A stretch of DNA of 41,317 nucleotides from assembly GCA_041674765.1 (NCBI GenBank), contig JBAYVE010000011.1:1-41317 (forward strand), in the 5' to 3' direction. The DNA is from Patescibacteria group bacterium (GTDB taxonomy: Bacteria > Patescibacteriota > UBA1384 > XYA2-FULL-43-10 > 1-14-0-10-43-13). The notes beneath the pieces were generated by a model. The model worked only from the letters and a program-made list of their open reading frames with translations. It was not told the DNA's origin and ran no database searches. Below, piece after piece: positions 29,253 to 39,223 of the stretch (positions within the stretch are counted from its first letter, which is position 1; each line of letters begins with the position of its first letter). A program made the translations under genes and the position numbers.

Positions 29253-30421
29253 TGAAGAAGATTGCAGCTATACTATTTGCGTCATTTTTTGCCGTAACAC
29301 TATTTTTACCTCTGAAGTCTTTTGCAGTTGAACAAAAGATCATTTTTTTCTGGGCAGAGAGTTGTCCCCATTGTGCAGATGAAAACGTATTTTTGGAAAA
29401 GATGGTCTCGGACAATCCTGGGCTTTCAGTAGAAAAGTATGAGGTGTCCAAGAGCAAAGAAAACCAGCAACTTCTGCTCGATTGGAGCAAAAAATTAAAT
29501 TTTGAGCCCAATGGTGTTCCAGTGACGATAATCGGAGAAGAATATGTATTGGGATACATGGATAGTATTACCGATTTGAAGATTGAAAGTTTCTTTGCTT
29601 TCTCTGCTGACACTATAAGTAATGGCGAAGTTTGCGCAATCGATCGGCCATGTGATGACAAAGAGGCAAACAATCACAAGATAAAACTGCCTTTTTTTGG
29701 TGAGATTGAGACGAAAAATTTCTCACTTCCAATTCTCTCAATCGTTACCGGTACACTTGATGGCTTCAATCCTTGTGCTATGTGGACTTTGCTTTTTTTG
29801 ATTAGCTTACTTCTCGGCATGAAGAACAGAAAGAGAATGTGGATTTTGGGATCTGCCTTTATCGTCGCCTCTGCCGCAGTTTACTTTGTTTTCATGTCTG
29901 CCTGGCTCAATCTTCTGCTCTTCATCGGATTAATCGCAACAGTTCGCATAATCATCGGTCTTGTCTCCCTTGGCGGCGGAATTTTCAGCCTTAAAGACTT
30001 TTGGACAAACAAAGAGGGCGGCTGCAAAGTTACGAATAATGAAAAAAGGCAAGCAACTTTTGATAAAATAAAGCACATAGTTCACGAAAGAAGCTTCATC
30101 TTGGCACTTCTCGGGATCATCATATTAGCCTTTGCCGTTAATCTTGTGGAACTTATCTGTTCAGCCGGACTTCCAGCCGTATATACTCAAATCCTAGCGA
30201 TGAGCGACTTGCCTGTTTGGCAGTATTATCTCTACATTTTGATCTATGTTTTCTTCTTCATGCTTGACGATCTGATTATCTTTTTCATAGCGATGCTTAC
30301 TTTGCAATTGACAGGAATAACAACCAGATACTCTCGAATTTCTAGGCTGGTTGGTGGTATATTAATGTTGGCGATTGGATTGATATTAATATTTAAGCCT
30401 TCTTGGCTAATGTTTGGCTAA
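29252..30421 (+). CDS. thioredoxin-fold domain fused to DsbD/CcdA-type transmembrane thiol-disulfide transporter
   Basis: Signal/TM, then CPHC and a multi-TM region with conserved Cys in TM helices (NPCAMW, ...LICSAG). Confidence 0.8.
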   Translation: MKKIAAILFASFFAVTLFLPLKSFAVEQKIIFFWAESCPHCADENVFLEKMVSDNPGLSVEKYEVSKSKENQQLLLDWSKKLNFEPNGVPVTIIGEEYVLGYMDSITDLKIESFFAFSADTISNGEVCAIDRPCDDKEANNHKIKLPFFGEIETKNFSLPILSIVTGTLDGFNPCAMWTLLFLISLLLGMKNRKRMWILGSAFIVASAAVYFVFMSAWLNLLLFIGLIATVRIIIGLVSLGGGIFSLKDFWTNKEGGCKVTNNEKRQATFDKIKHIVHERSFILALLGIIILAFAVNLVELICSAGLPAVYTQILAMSDLPVWQYYLYILIYVFFFMLDDLIIFFIAMLTLQLTGITTRYSRISRLVGGILMLAIGLILIFKPSWLMFG

Positions 30422-30433
30422 ATAAAGGAGAAT

Positions 30434-31180
30434 ATGACGTTTCTTTACATTTTTATTGCTTCGTTGCTAATCAGCTTGTGCGCTCTTGTTGGTGTATTTA
30501 CTATGAGTATGAAAGAGAAATTTTTAAATAAGATTTTGCTGAAACTGGTGGCTCTTTCATCCGGCGCTCTTTTGGGCGGTGCTTTCATCCATTTGATGCC
30601 TGAAGGAATCGAGAAATTTGGCAACAACGAGAAGTTCTTCTTTATAATTCTGATCTCGCTGATGGTTTATCTGCTTATCGAGAAAATACTGCACTGGCGG
30701 CATTGCCATGCTGGCGGTAAATGTCCAATCCATTCCTTTGGTTATATGAATCTTTTGGGTGACGGAGTTCATAATTTCATTGACGGTCTTATCATCGCAT
30801 CGTCTTTCATGGTAAGCATTCCACTCGGTATCACCACCACAATTGCGATAGCCCTTCATGAAATTCCCCAAGAGGTTGGCGACTTTGGCGTGTTGCTTTA
30901 CGCCGGCATAGAGAAAAAGAAAGCTTTATTACTAAATTTTTTAGTCGCCCTTACTGTTGTTGCCGGAGCAATCACGGGATGGTTTTTGCTATCTCTTATT
31001 GAGAATATTACCAGTTTCCTTTTGCCTGTTGCGGCAGGCGGATTTATCTACATTGCACTTAGTGATATGATTCCGGAGCTTCGCAAAGAGCATAATATAA
31101 AACAATTCTTTGTCACTTTTGCATTTATCCTATTGGGAATATTGCTTATGCTCGCAACAAAAATGCTGGGGGGAGAATAG
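30434..31180 (+). CDS. ZIP-family metal transporter (ZupT-like)
   Basis: HEIPQEVGDFGVLLYAG is the ZIP signature. About 8 TM segments and a His-rich loop (HWRHCHAGGKCPIH). Confidence 0.85.
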   Translation: MTFLYIFIASLLISLCALVGVFTMSMKEKFLNKILLKLVALSSGALLGGAFIHLMPEGIEKFGNNEKFFFIILISLMVYLLIEKILHWRHCHAGGKCPIHSFGYMNLLGDGVHNFIDGLIIASSFMVSIPLGITTTIAIALHEIPQEVGDFGVLLYAGIEKKKALLLNFLVALTVVAGAITGWFLLSLIENITSFLLPVAAGGFIYIALSDMIPELRKEHNIKQFFVTFAFILLGILLMLATKMLGGE

Positions 31181-31273
31181 AAAATAGCAACAGCACTATG
31201 CTGTTCGACGTATTGTAAATTACCATTTCCCGGCCTATACTATTTAAAAGACTATTCAATTATCGGAGGGGAA

Positions 31274-31906
31274 ATGAACTCGAATAAAAAGGTGTTGCTT
31301 TGGACATTGGGGATTGTCTTGTTTTTGGCTTTGGCGGCAGTTTCTGTTTATGCATATAGTCAGAGTGAAGACCTTAAAAACAAAGATGATGAAATTGGCA
31401 CTCTCGAGAGCCAAGCACAAACACAGACTCAACCTGAAACGGCAACAGCTGAAAACTGTACTGGAGATAGTTGTCTGTCTGTTGAGGGTCTCGAATATCC
31501 TGCCGGACAATTACCAATCGAAGTATCCAACGCGGTTAAGTCGGCACTTGATGATGAATATAAAGCGTATTCTGTCTATGATGCCGTCATTGCAAAAATT
31601 GGATCAGTAAGACCATTTTCTATGATTATCCGTGCAGAAGAAAGCCATATTGCCTCATTGAAATCAGTATTGGACAAGTACGGCGAGACTATTCCTGATA
31701 ATCCATATGCCGGGAAAGTTACTGTTAAAAGCACGCTAAAAGAAAACTGCCAGATCGGTGTCGATGCAGAAATTGCTAATGTTGCTTTATACAACGACCA
31801 GCTCCTGCCAAAAGTTACGGCATACTCTGATATTACTTCAGTCTTTAACAATTTGATGAATGCTTCTAATGATAAGCACTTGCCGTCTTTCGAAAAATGC
31901 AATTAG
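31274..31906 (+). CDS. secreted ferritin-like (DUF2202-like) protein
   Basis: N-terminal TM/signal. Paired helical segments with E...Y / EESH motifs (DDEYKAYSVYD, RAEESHIASL). Confidence 0.5.
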   Translation: MNSNKKVLLWTLGIVLFLALAAVSVYAYSQSEDLKNKDDEIGTLESQAQTQTQPETATAENCTGDSCLSVEGLEYPAGQLPIEVSNAVKSALDDEYKAYSVYDAVIAKIGSVRPFSMIIRAEESHIASLKSVLDKYGETIPDNPYAGKVTVKSTLKENCQIGVDAEIANVALYNDQLLPKVTAYSDITSVFNNLMNASNDKHLPSFEKCN

Positions 31907-31913
31907 GAGGTAG

Positions 31914-32555
31914 ATGAATAAATGGATAAAAATTGACCGATTCTTTGCCTGGATTTTATTTGGCGGAATGCTTCTTTATTTTGTCTCCGGCTATGGCATG
32001 ACAAAAGGAATCATAGACTCTTCGCTCGCAACCAAATTACATCTCAATCTTCTGACTTATATAATTTTGATCGCTTTTACTGTTCACACCTCTTTTGCTA
32101 TTCATCTTGCTTTTAAGAGGTGGCAGATCTGGAATACGCCGATGAAAATTTTGCTTGTTGCCTTTTTTACCGCTTTCTTTGGCACGTTTGTGTATATAGA
32201 CCGGTATTATCAATCAGAAACAGATAAAGCAGTGAACTTGACTGACAATGCAACAGAGCAGAATACTGCATTAGAAGAAACTGAAGCGAGCACAAGCACA
32301 ACACAATCATCTATTTCGAAAGAGCCTGAACAAGTTAAGACTTTCTCTTTGAGTGAATTGGCCAAATATAACGGAAAAAATGGCAATGAAGCATATGTTG
32401 CAGTTGATGGCAGCGTCTATGATTTGACTACTGTTTTTCAAAACGGCAGTCATTTTTCTCATTATGCGGGAACAGAGTTGACTAATGCCTTCTACACACG
32501 TCATGCCAGAAGCGCTCTATCTAAATATCCAATCGTTGGAAAGCTAGCTCAATAG
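31914..32555 (+). CDS. membrane protein with C-terminal cytochrome b5-like heme/steroid-binding domain
   Basis: Three N-terminal TM helices. C-terminal FSLSELAKYNGKNGNEAYVAVDGSVYDLT...HYAGTEL fits a cytochrome b5-like fold. Confidence 0.6.
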   Translation: MNKWIKIDRFFAWILFGGMLLYFVSGYGMTKGIIDSSLATKLHLNLLTYIILIAFTVHTSFAIHLAFKRWQIWNTPMKILLVAFFTAFFGTFVYIDRYYQSETDKAVNLTDNATEQNTALEETEASTSTTQSSISKEPEQVKTFSLSELAKYNGKNGNEAYVAVDGSVYDLTTVFQNGSHFSHYAGTELTNAFYTRHARSALSKYPIVGKLAQ

Positions 32556-32751
32556 TGCCTAATCTCGACCCCCGGATGGGCAGAGGCGCCAATTCATTCT
32601 CAATAAGTTTGATAAGAGTGAAATTCCAGTTGGGGGTACGGTTCGGCTTCATCTTGACAAATCGAGACTTCGCTCATGGCTATAGACGACATAAGGAATT
32701 TGATTCTATTCTCAATCAAAATAAAGGGTAAGTATGATTGATCCTATAACA

Positions 32752-32776
32752 AGACGGCGTTAAAGCCGTTTTTTAT
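32752..32776 (+). terminator. rho-independent terminator ACGGC-GTTAAA-GCCGT + T6; near-copy of 27244-27270
   Basis: Seen directly. Confidence 0.5.
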
Positions 32777-32907
32777 TTGGCTCTAAACGAGTACCTTGAA
32801 AAAATATCTTTGAGCAGTGCGACCGTTTGAAATAGAATATGGGCCCGTTCTTAGCTTTCTGATCTCGAATCTGTTATAGTAAGGTCACTTAAGAAGAAGG
32901 AGATTCT

Positions 32908-34233
32908 ATGATAAATCAAAAGTACGCTGTTTTTTCAGCAGTTGTACCAGCCTATAATGAAGCAAAAAGATTTCCGAAAGTTCTCAAAGAGTTATTGAAA
33001 ATAAATAATCTTGGAGAACTGATCTTCGTTGATGATGGAAGTACAGACGAGACGGAGGCAACAATCAAAAAATTTTCGGATCCCCGGTTGAAATATATTC
33101 GGCATTCCCAAAACAAAGGCAAAGGCGCAGCCTTGAAAACTGGGGTCCATGCAGCGAAAAATAAGGTAATTCTATTTCTAGACGCCGACCTTAGAAATAT
33201 TACTGCCACCAAGATCATGAAAATAACGAAGCCAGTTTTATTGGAAGCGGTAGACTTATCAAGAGGCAAATTCCATCGCACAAGGGGCAGAGTAACTGAA
33301 TATGCAGTTAAGCCATTAATGAAAATCCTATTCCCAGAGGTGTATTTTGAACAGCCGATAAGCGGCCAGATTTGCGGGAAAAGAGATTTCCTAAAGGGTT
33401 TAGATTATGAAAGCAAGTATGGGGTAGACATCGGAATTTTATTCGATGCAATCGAATCAGGCCAGCGTATCATTGAGGTGGACATAGGCAAAATTGAGCA
33501 TCGTGCCAACTCCGAAGAGGATATTGCCGAGATGTCCAGACAAGTTCTAGAAACTATGATCAAAAAGGCGGGTTTAATCCAGCATAAATACAAATTGGTT
33601 GTGTTTACTCTTGATAATACCCTGGTTCGAAAGGATACTCTCGAGTATGTCTTCGAGAAGCAAGGAAGACTCTCCCAATATTCACAATTAAAGTCAAAAT
33701 TTTTAGATAGCAAATTAAGCTTTGCGGAATATGCTGATTCCATTGCTAAACTTTTTACCGGACTCTCTGACGATACAATAGTCAGTATTTGTAATTCTAT
33801 TCCACTTGTAGACTATGCCCCAGAAGTGATCAATGCCTTGAAAAAGAGAAAATATCAAGTGGCAATCGTAAGCTCAAGTTTTTCTCCAATCGTTGTCGCC
33901 ATCGCCAATCGGCTAGGTATTGATATTTTAGATTGCATATATTTAGATCGGGATGAAGGAGGTAAATACTTGGGTTCGATTTCTGTTGCATCACGAGAAC
34001 GATGGCTTGATCATCCTTTGGAAGAATCATTTAAAAAGGGTTTTATTGGTATCACTCGAAAAATAGGAGCGAAGTCTTCTGAGACAATTATGGTTGCGAA
34101 TAGTCCAAAGGCGCTACCTCTTATTAATAGCGCCGGGTTAGGAGTAGCATTTTCGCCTGACGGCGGAGTTCTGAAAGACGAGGCCGATAAAACAATCAAT
34201 GTTCTTGCTGAGCTATTAGCTATTGTCGAGTAA
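32908..34233 (+). CDS. family-2 glycosyltransferase fused to a HAD-like (SerB-like) domain with degenerate catalytic motifs
   Basis: The N-terminus (AVVPAYNEAKRF...FVDDGSTDET...LDAD) is GT2 (DPM synthase-like). The C-terminal HAD-like fold has FTLDNTL (first Asp replaced) and no GDGxND. Confidence 0.75.
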   Translation: MINQKYAVFSAVVPAYNEAKRFPKVLKELLKINNLGELIFVDDGSTDETEATIKKFSDPRLKYIRHSQNKGKGAALKTGVHAAKNKVILFLDADLRNITATKIMKITKPVLLEAVDLSRGKFHRTRGRVTEYAVKPLMKILFPEVYFEQPISGQICGKRDFLKGLDYESKYGVDIGILFDAIESGQRIIEVDIGKIEHRANSEEDIAEMSRQVLETMIKKAGLIQHKYKLVVFTLDNTLVRKDTLEYVFEKQGRLSQYSQLKSKFLDSKLSFAEYADSIAKLFTGLSDDTIVSICNSIPLVDYAPEVINALKKRKYQVAIVSSSFSPIVVAIANRLGIDILDCIYLDRDEGGKYLGSISVASRERWLDHPLEESFKKGFIGITRKIGAKSSETIMVANSPKALPLINSAGLGVAFSPDGGVLKDEADKTINVLAELLAIVE

Positions 34234-34241
34234 GGGAAATA

Positions 34242-34892
34242 ATGGAAATAAAAAAAATAAATTCAAAGAGAAATTTTACGGAGTCTATGAAAAGAATATG
34301 GCTTGGACGTCATGGCAAAGCCCCACATAACAGAGGAGATGCAGATGCGACATTTGGAGGCGGGCGGCTGGATAATAATCTTACTCAACAAGGCGTCGAT
34401 GCAACAAATATATTAGCAAATGAAATCTATAAGCATTGTGGAGTCGATATTATTCTATGTAGCAAGATGAAGCGGTCACATCAAACAGCAGAGATTATTG
34501 CCAACAAACTAGGAGAGCTTGGGCATGATGTTCCAATTATCGAGATTGACGACCTTCAGGAAGTCGATGTCGGAGATTTTACTGAATGTACCGAACGGGA
34601 AGCAAGGAAAATAAATTTTCATGCAGCAGAAGCATTCTATCAAGGAAAAATAGATGGATGGGATTTTCCCAATGGAGAGAACTATAAAGATTTGAGCCTT
34701 CGTGTCAGTTCGGTAATAGTTCAGATTCTGGAATTAACGAAAAAGTATAACAACATTTTTGTTGTCGGCCATGGAATGTTCAATCGAGTTATTTGCTTCG
34801 AGCTATTTCCAGACAGGGACGATCTTTGGAAGGATCGTACTTACCCTCACGATCGTGTAATAATGCTAGATTTAGAGAACTGTAACCTATGA
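34242..34892 (+). CDS. histidine phosphatase family protein (phosphoglycerate-mutase-like)
   Basis: The RHG motif (LGRHGKAPHN) and a downstream H in VVGHGM. Confidence 0.8.
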   Translation: MEIKKINSKRNFTESMKRIWLGRHGKAPHNRGDADATFGGGRLDNNLTQQGVDATNILANEIYKHCGVDIILCSKMKRSHQTAEIIANKLGELGHDVPIIEIDDLQEVDVGDFTECTEREARKINFHAAEAFYQGKIDGWDFPNGENYKDLSLRVSSVIVQILELTKKYNNIFVVGHGMFNRVICFELFPDRDDLWKDRTYPHDRVIMLDLENCNL

Positions 34893-35956
34893 ACCTCTTA
34901 ATAATCACAATGAGTCCTGGCGAGACCAGCCAGTTTATCGCCCTCGCAAAAGAATTAATAGATAAAAAACACAAGATCTTTTTTGGTTATCTTAAAAATG
35001 TAAACCCTATAATCTTAAATGCTCTCGAATGTGAAAAACAACTTATTAATTCTCCTGAGCAGGCGAGGGATTTGATTAACAGCGGAATTTATCAGGCAGT
35101 AATGTTGGGAAACTCAAAGATCTTTAGAAATTCACAGCAATTTCAAAACAAAAAGCCTGATAGTGCTCCTTTTTGTGTTTCATTGGACTCTAACTGGCTT
35201 TTTAATCAGCCGGAATCTTTCCCATTTATCAAATGGCTGGATATTATTTATCTGAATTTTCCAGAAGATGTTTATAAGAACGGTTTGGTTGAATATGGCG
35301 GAAGCTATCATATCCCCGATGAAATCAAGAAAAAGATTAAGACAGTTGGTTTGATTCCCTCATACAAACCTATAAGCGACTCTGCAAAAAAGGAGACGAG
35401 GGAAAAATTAGGCATAAAGGAAGATGAAAAATTAATTTTTTGTTATATCGGCAGCGGAAACGGCTATACATTAAGGCATGAGTTCCGCCCGATATTAATT
35501 GAAATATTTAACCAGTATTGGCAAAATAATCGCAAGTTTAAAATCATTTATATGAGTGGTGAAGAGCCGGTCGGAGCACCTTGGTTGGTCCCAACAGGTG
35601 GACAGGCCGACAGCAAAATATTTTTTGAATATTTATCCGCGTCTGATCTTGTTTTTCAACATCAAGGTATGGGAACTCTTCAGCAATCAATATCTGCGTG
35701 TGTGCCTGCTATAGCTAATGTCCCGCCGGTCGATCCGAACAAAGATCACAATACTGCTTGGGAAATAGGTCCTTTCGAAAAGGCCGGCCTGTGCAAGATG
35801 CATTTTTATGATGATAAAATTGATAAAATAATTTCCTCCGTTAACGATTTATTATACACGGATTCAGGAAATTTGATGAGAAGAATACAAAAAGACCATT
35901 ACTCATATGGCGAAGAAAATCTCTGCTCAGATTTACTTCGGCGCATCTCGAAATAG
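34889..35956 (+). CDS. putative GT-B-fold glycosyltransferase
   Basis: 355 aa. Two Rossmann-like halves. The C-terminal half (...YIGSGNGYT...VFQHQGMGTLQQSISACVPAIANVP) resembles the GT28/GT1 C-domain. Confidence 0.5.
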   Translation: MNLLIITMSPGETSQFIALAKELIDKKHKIFFGYLKNVNPIILNALECEKQLINSPEQARDLINSGIYQAVMLGNSKIFRNSQQFQNKKPDSAPFCVSLDSNWLFNQPESFPFIKWLDIIYLNFPEDVYKNGLVEYGGSYHIPDEIKKKIKTVGLIPSYKPISDSAKKETREKLGIKEDEKLIFCYIGSGNGYTLRHEFRPILIEIFNQYWQNNRKFKIIYMSGEEPVGAPWLVPTGGQADSKIFFEYLSASDLVFQHQGMGTLQQSISACVPAIANVPPVDPNKDHNTAWEIGPFEKAGLCKMHFYDDKIDKIISSVNDLLYTDSGNLMRRIQKDHYSYGEENLCSDLLRRISK

Positions 35957-38179
35957 AGAATGCGGCAAATTACAAGGCAACTCTGGGACGGTTATTTCAA
36001 ACGCCCCACTCCCCTGGGGCGTTTGAAATAAGTAACACTTATGCGATCGGGATATATTTTGCGCATTATGAGAGATGATTTTCAGATACACTAAAAATAT
36101 TCCCAAGCCGATCAACAGATAATAAAATAGCTCCGGCCCAGCCTTCGGGAGTTCATCTCCGGAGAATGGTTTGACATCTCCCTGCTTGAAAGGAAGAATT
36201 CGAAATTCATCTTTGTAGGTCGATAAAATTCCGGCGATTGTGAAACGATCCCCTTTTCTCATCTTTGGTTTATCGATACCCGTAGACTGTCGAATTATCA
36301 CCTTAATTTCATTCTCGTCATTGTCCCCAAGATAAAAGGTATCACCGGAGGTACTGGAGATGGTTCCGGAAACGCTAATATATGTCCCCTCTAGACCGGT
36401 ACCGATATCTGAAATGACGGTTTCCTTCGGCGGAAGTGGTTGACCTTTTGAGACGATTTTTATCTCGCTAAAGCTATCCGTCTTCAACCTTTTTTCGCCG
36501 TTGATTTCAGATATAATGCCATCAACAGTTACCGTATCCCCTTCTGCCAAATCAGGAGGAAAATTCTTGGCGTAACTATAAACCTGGATTCCTCCGGTCC
36601 CATCTTCGATATAAAAATATTGAGACGACAAAATTCCCGGCAGGACAGTGACCTTTCCCGAGATCAACACTCTTTTCTCTGAAAATACTTTAGCTTGAGC
36701 TGTACTAATGATTTCTAATTGATCATCTTCATCTGTTTCATCATTGATTAAGACCACAACAATAGTAGAAATAATATTTTTGGACCCAGGAGTCGGCGTC
36801 GAAGTCCATTGCCAAGCGTCAGCCGGTCCTCGGGCCCAGGCTGTCCCTGTCTTGAAAGCACCTCTGTATTCTGCGCTATCGGCAACTGAGCCGTTTGGAT
36901 AATAGAGGGAAACCATTTCGTCCGTCGTTTTGTTGAGAAAGCTGGCGCCATATATTACAAATATTCCATTAGCCGGCAGAACATACTCATCAAGATATTT
37001 TTTTTGACCTGACCGGTCGGAAATTTTCCAGCCATTGAACGGAATGTCAAAATTAGCTTTGTTTTCGATTTCGATCCATTTATCGTTATCGTCGCCACCT
37101 TCAGGATTAGCTAGGATTTCCGAAAGTATGATTTTTTCATAATAATTATTTACGGTCAATTTGATTGTCGAGGTGGCGCAGTTTTGATAATCGCAAACTT
37201 TCAGGATGACTGAATAATTACCTTCTTTACCATAGGCATGCTCAACTTCACCACCATTTGCACTGACACCATCGCCAAAATCCCATAAAAACGAAAGTAA
37301 ATCATTATCTTCGTCAAACGAATCAGAAGAACTAAAAAGATTATTCTCTTCGATAAAAAGAGTATTTTTCTCGATATCAATTTGGGCTGCCGGCGGGCTG
37401 TTGCCGCTAATATTTATTATTTCTCCGGTCGATAAATTTAGACTGCCTGATTCCCAAAGAGGCACCATTCCGGCCAGGAGCGCCTCAATATTTTCATACA
37501 CTTTCATACTTATTTCCCGGCCAGACGGAACGGCTAAATTAAAAAACCCGAGTCTTGTAGAGAAATTTCCCTCATCTACACTGTTATTTTCGGTAACATT
37601 GAGACCAAGAATTGCTCCGGTTATACCATCAAAAATGGCGATTGGTTTTTCTGATAATGGAAAATTTGAGCTATCGCTCGCTATACCTTTTACATGTGCT
37701 AAATTTTCGGCCGGAATCATAGAAATATTTTTTTGAACTGTCTTCGCGCTTGGCACGGGAAGTTTCTTCTCTCTATACCGGACCCGAAGAATAGCATCAA
37801 GAAACAAAACAGACGGCTCATTCAAAACCGTCTTGATAAATATGTAGCCTCTCCAATTGCCGTCGCTATCTAGAACAACACTTTGATGCTTGGCATATTC
37901 GGCCGAATATTTTATCCAATTGCTCGCTTGCGGGTTCCAGGTATAGCCGCTTTTACTAGTTGAACCAGCTTTTTCGATCTCCGGCTTTATCTCGTAAACG
38001 GCATTCGGCGACTCCCCGGTGATTTCAAAATAGGCAGCAAAAGTGGAGCTATCGCTTGGCACAAGATCGCCGCTAGTCAAAGTGGCTGCAGCTGCAGCGG
38101 CGGCCGGTCGAAACAGGAAAAAGACTGCGAATAATAGTACTATCACAATTATAAATATTTTCCTTTTTTGATAAGTCAT
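35933..38179 (-). CDS. cell-surface protein with PKD-like and lamin-tail (LTD) domains, N-terminal signal and C-terminal TM anchor
   Basis: The PKD-like segment is LSFLWDFGDGVSANGGEVEHAYGKEGNYSVILKVCD. The LTD-like segment is ILSEILANPEGGDDNDKWIEIENKANFDIPFNGWKISD. Hydrophobic N- and C-terminal segments. Confidence 0.7.
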   Translation of the reverse strand: MTYQKRKIFIIVIVLLFAVFFLFRPAAAAAAATLTSGDLVPSDSSTFAAYFEITGESPNAVYEIKPEIEKAGSTSKSGYTWNPQASNWIKYSAEYAKHQSVVLDSDGNWRGYIFIKTVLNEPSVLFLDAILRVRYREKKLPVPSAKTVQKNISMIPAENLAHVKGIASDSSNFPLSEKPIAIFDGITGAILGLNVTENNSVDEGNFSTRLGFFNLAVPSGREISMKVYENIEALLAGMVPLWESGSLNLSTGEIINISGNSPPAAQIDIEKNTLFIEENNLFSSSDSFDEDNDLLSFLWDFGDGVSANGGEVEHAYGKEGNYSVILKVCDYQNCATSTIKLTVNNYYEKIILSEILANPEGGDDNDKWIEIENKANFDIPFNGWKISDRSGQKKYLDEYVLPANGIFVIYGASFLNKTTDEMVSLYYPNGSVADSAEYRGAFKTGTAWARGPADAWQWTSTPTPGSKNIISTIVVVLINDETDEDDQLEIISTAQAKVFSEKRVLISGKVTVLPGILSSQYFYIEDGTGGIQVYSYAKNFPPDLAEGDTVTVDGIISEINGEKRLKTDSFSEIKIVSKGQPLPPKETVISDIGTGLEGTYISVSGTISSTSGDTFYLGDNDENEIKVIIRQSTGIDKPKMRKGDRFTIAGILSTYKDEFRILPFKQGDVKPFSGDELPKAGPELFYYLLIGLGIFLVYLKIISHNAQNISRSHKCYLFQTPQGSGAFEITVPELPCNLPHSLFRDAPK
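35992..36031. repeat. 16-17-bp perfect hairpin TTATTTCAAACGCCCC...GGGGCGTTTGAAATAA without a U-tract
   Basis: Shares the core AACGCCCC/GGGGCGTT with the terminator at 10034-10063. Lies inside the 3' end of ORF 35933..38179. Confidence 0.6.
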
Positions 38180-38374
38180 GTCCGGAAACTTCCCTAAGCT
38201 TCTTGCCCATAACTCTACAATTATAGCAATTCACCAAGCTTTGCCAAGCGTTTTTGGGAATGACCTTGTGGCTTACAGTTTAAAATTGTAATAATAGTTA
38301 ATGTTTCAAAAAAGTCCCTTGAAAAGATTATTTTTAAATGATTAGATAGATGCATATTAAACGAAAGGAGCTAA

Positions 38375-39148
38375 ATGTATGTTCTGATCGGTATTGTGGT
38401 ATTTATTGTTTTGATTAGCATTCGACAGGTAAACCAGTTTGAACGTGGAGTAAAATTTCGTCTAGGTAAATTTATTGCCATCAAGGAACCGGGCTGGCAG
38501 ATCATTTTACCCATATTCGAGTCGATGTCCAAAGTTGATATCCGCGTCAAAGCTGTCGATGTCCCAAATCAAGAAGCGATCACCAAGGACAATATTTCAG
38601 TTGGGATCAATGCCGTAATTTATTACAAAGTTGTCGATGTTAGCCGAGCTATTCTGGAAGTGGAAAACTTCTTCTATGCCATTTCGCAACTGGCTCAAAC
38701 AACGATGAGAAATATTGTGGGTTCAGTTGATCTAGACACGCTGTTGTCTGAGCGCGATATGGTTTCGAATCAGATTAAAACTATCGTCGATAAACTCACT
38801 GATCCATGGGGAATCAAAGTGGATAATGTCGACCTAAAGGACGTTGTGCTCCCGGAGGATATGAAGCGCGTTATTGCTCGTCAAGCCGAAGCAGAGAGGG
38901 AAAAGAGAGCAGTCATTACAAAAGCAGAGGGCGAAGTCATTGCCTCGACCAATTTAGCCAAAGCAGCCAAAACCTTGTCGGAATCAAGTGGCGCTTTGCA
39001 CCTTCGAACCTTGAATACATTAAATGATTTATCATCAGACCAATCAAACACAGTCATTTTTGCAATTCCAATCGAAGTCTTAAGAGCCTTTGAGGGCAAT
39101 AGCAAAAATACGCTCGAACAGCTGGCAGAGAAGTTTTTGAAGAAATAG
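38375..39148 (+). CDS. SPFH/band-7 (stomatin/prohibitin-like) membrane protein
   Basis: N-terminal TM helix, then a typical SPFH core (RQVNQFERGVKFRLGK...IRVKAVDVP...) and a C-terminal coiled coil. Confidence 0.9.
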   Translation: MYVLIGIVVFIVLISIRQVNQFERGVKFRLGKFIAIKEPGWQIILPIFESMSKVDIRVKAVDVPNQEAITKDNISVGINAVIYYKVVDVSRAILEVENFFYAISQLAQTTMRNIVGSVDLDTLLSERDMVSNQIKTIVDKLTDPWGIKVDNVDLKDVVLPEDMKRVIARQAEAEREKRAVITKAEGEVIASTNLAKAAKTLSESSGALHLRTLNTLNDLSSDQSNTVIFAIPIEVLRAFEGNSKNTLEQLAEKFLKK

Positions 39149-39223
39149 ATAATCTAAAAGAAAAATCCCCGAACCAAGTGGCCCAGGGAGCTGATGTAAT
39201 TGCGTCAACGCTTGCGAAGTGTC

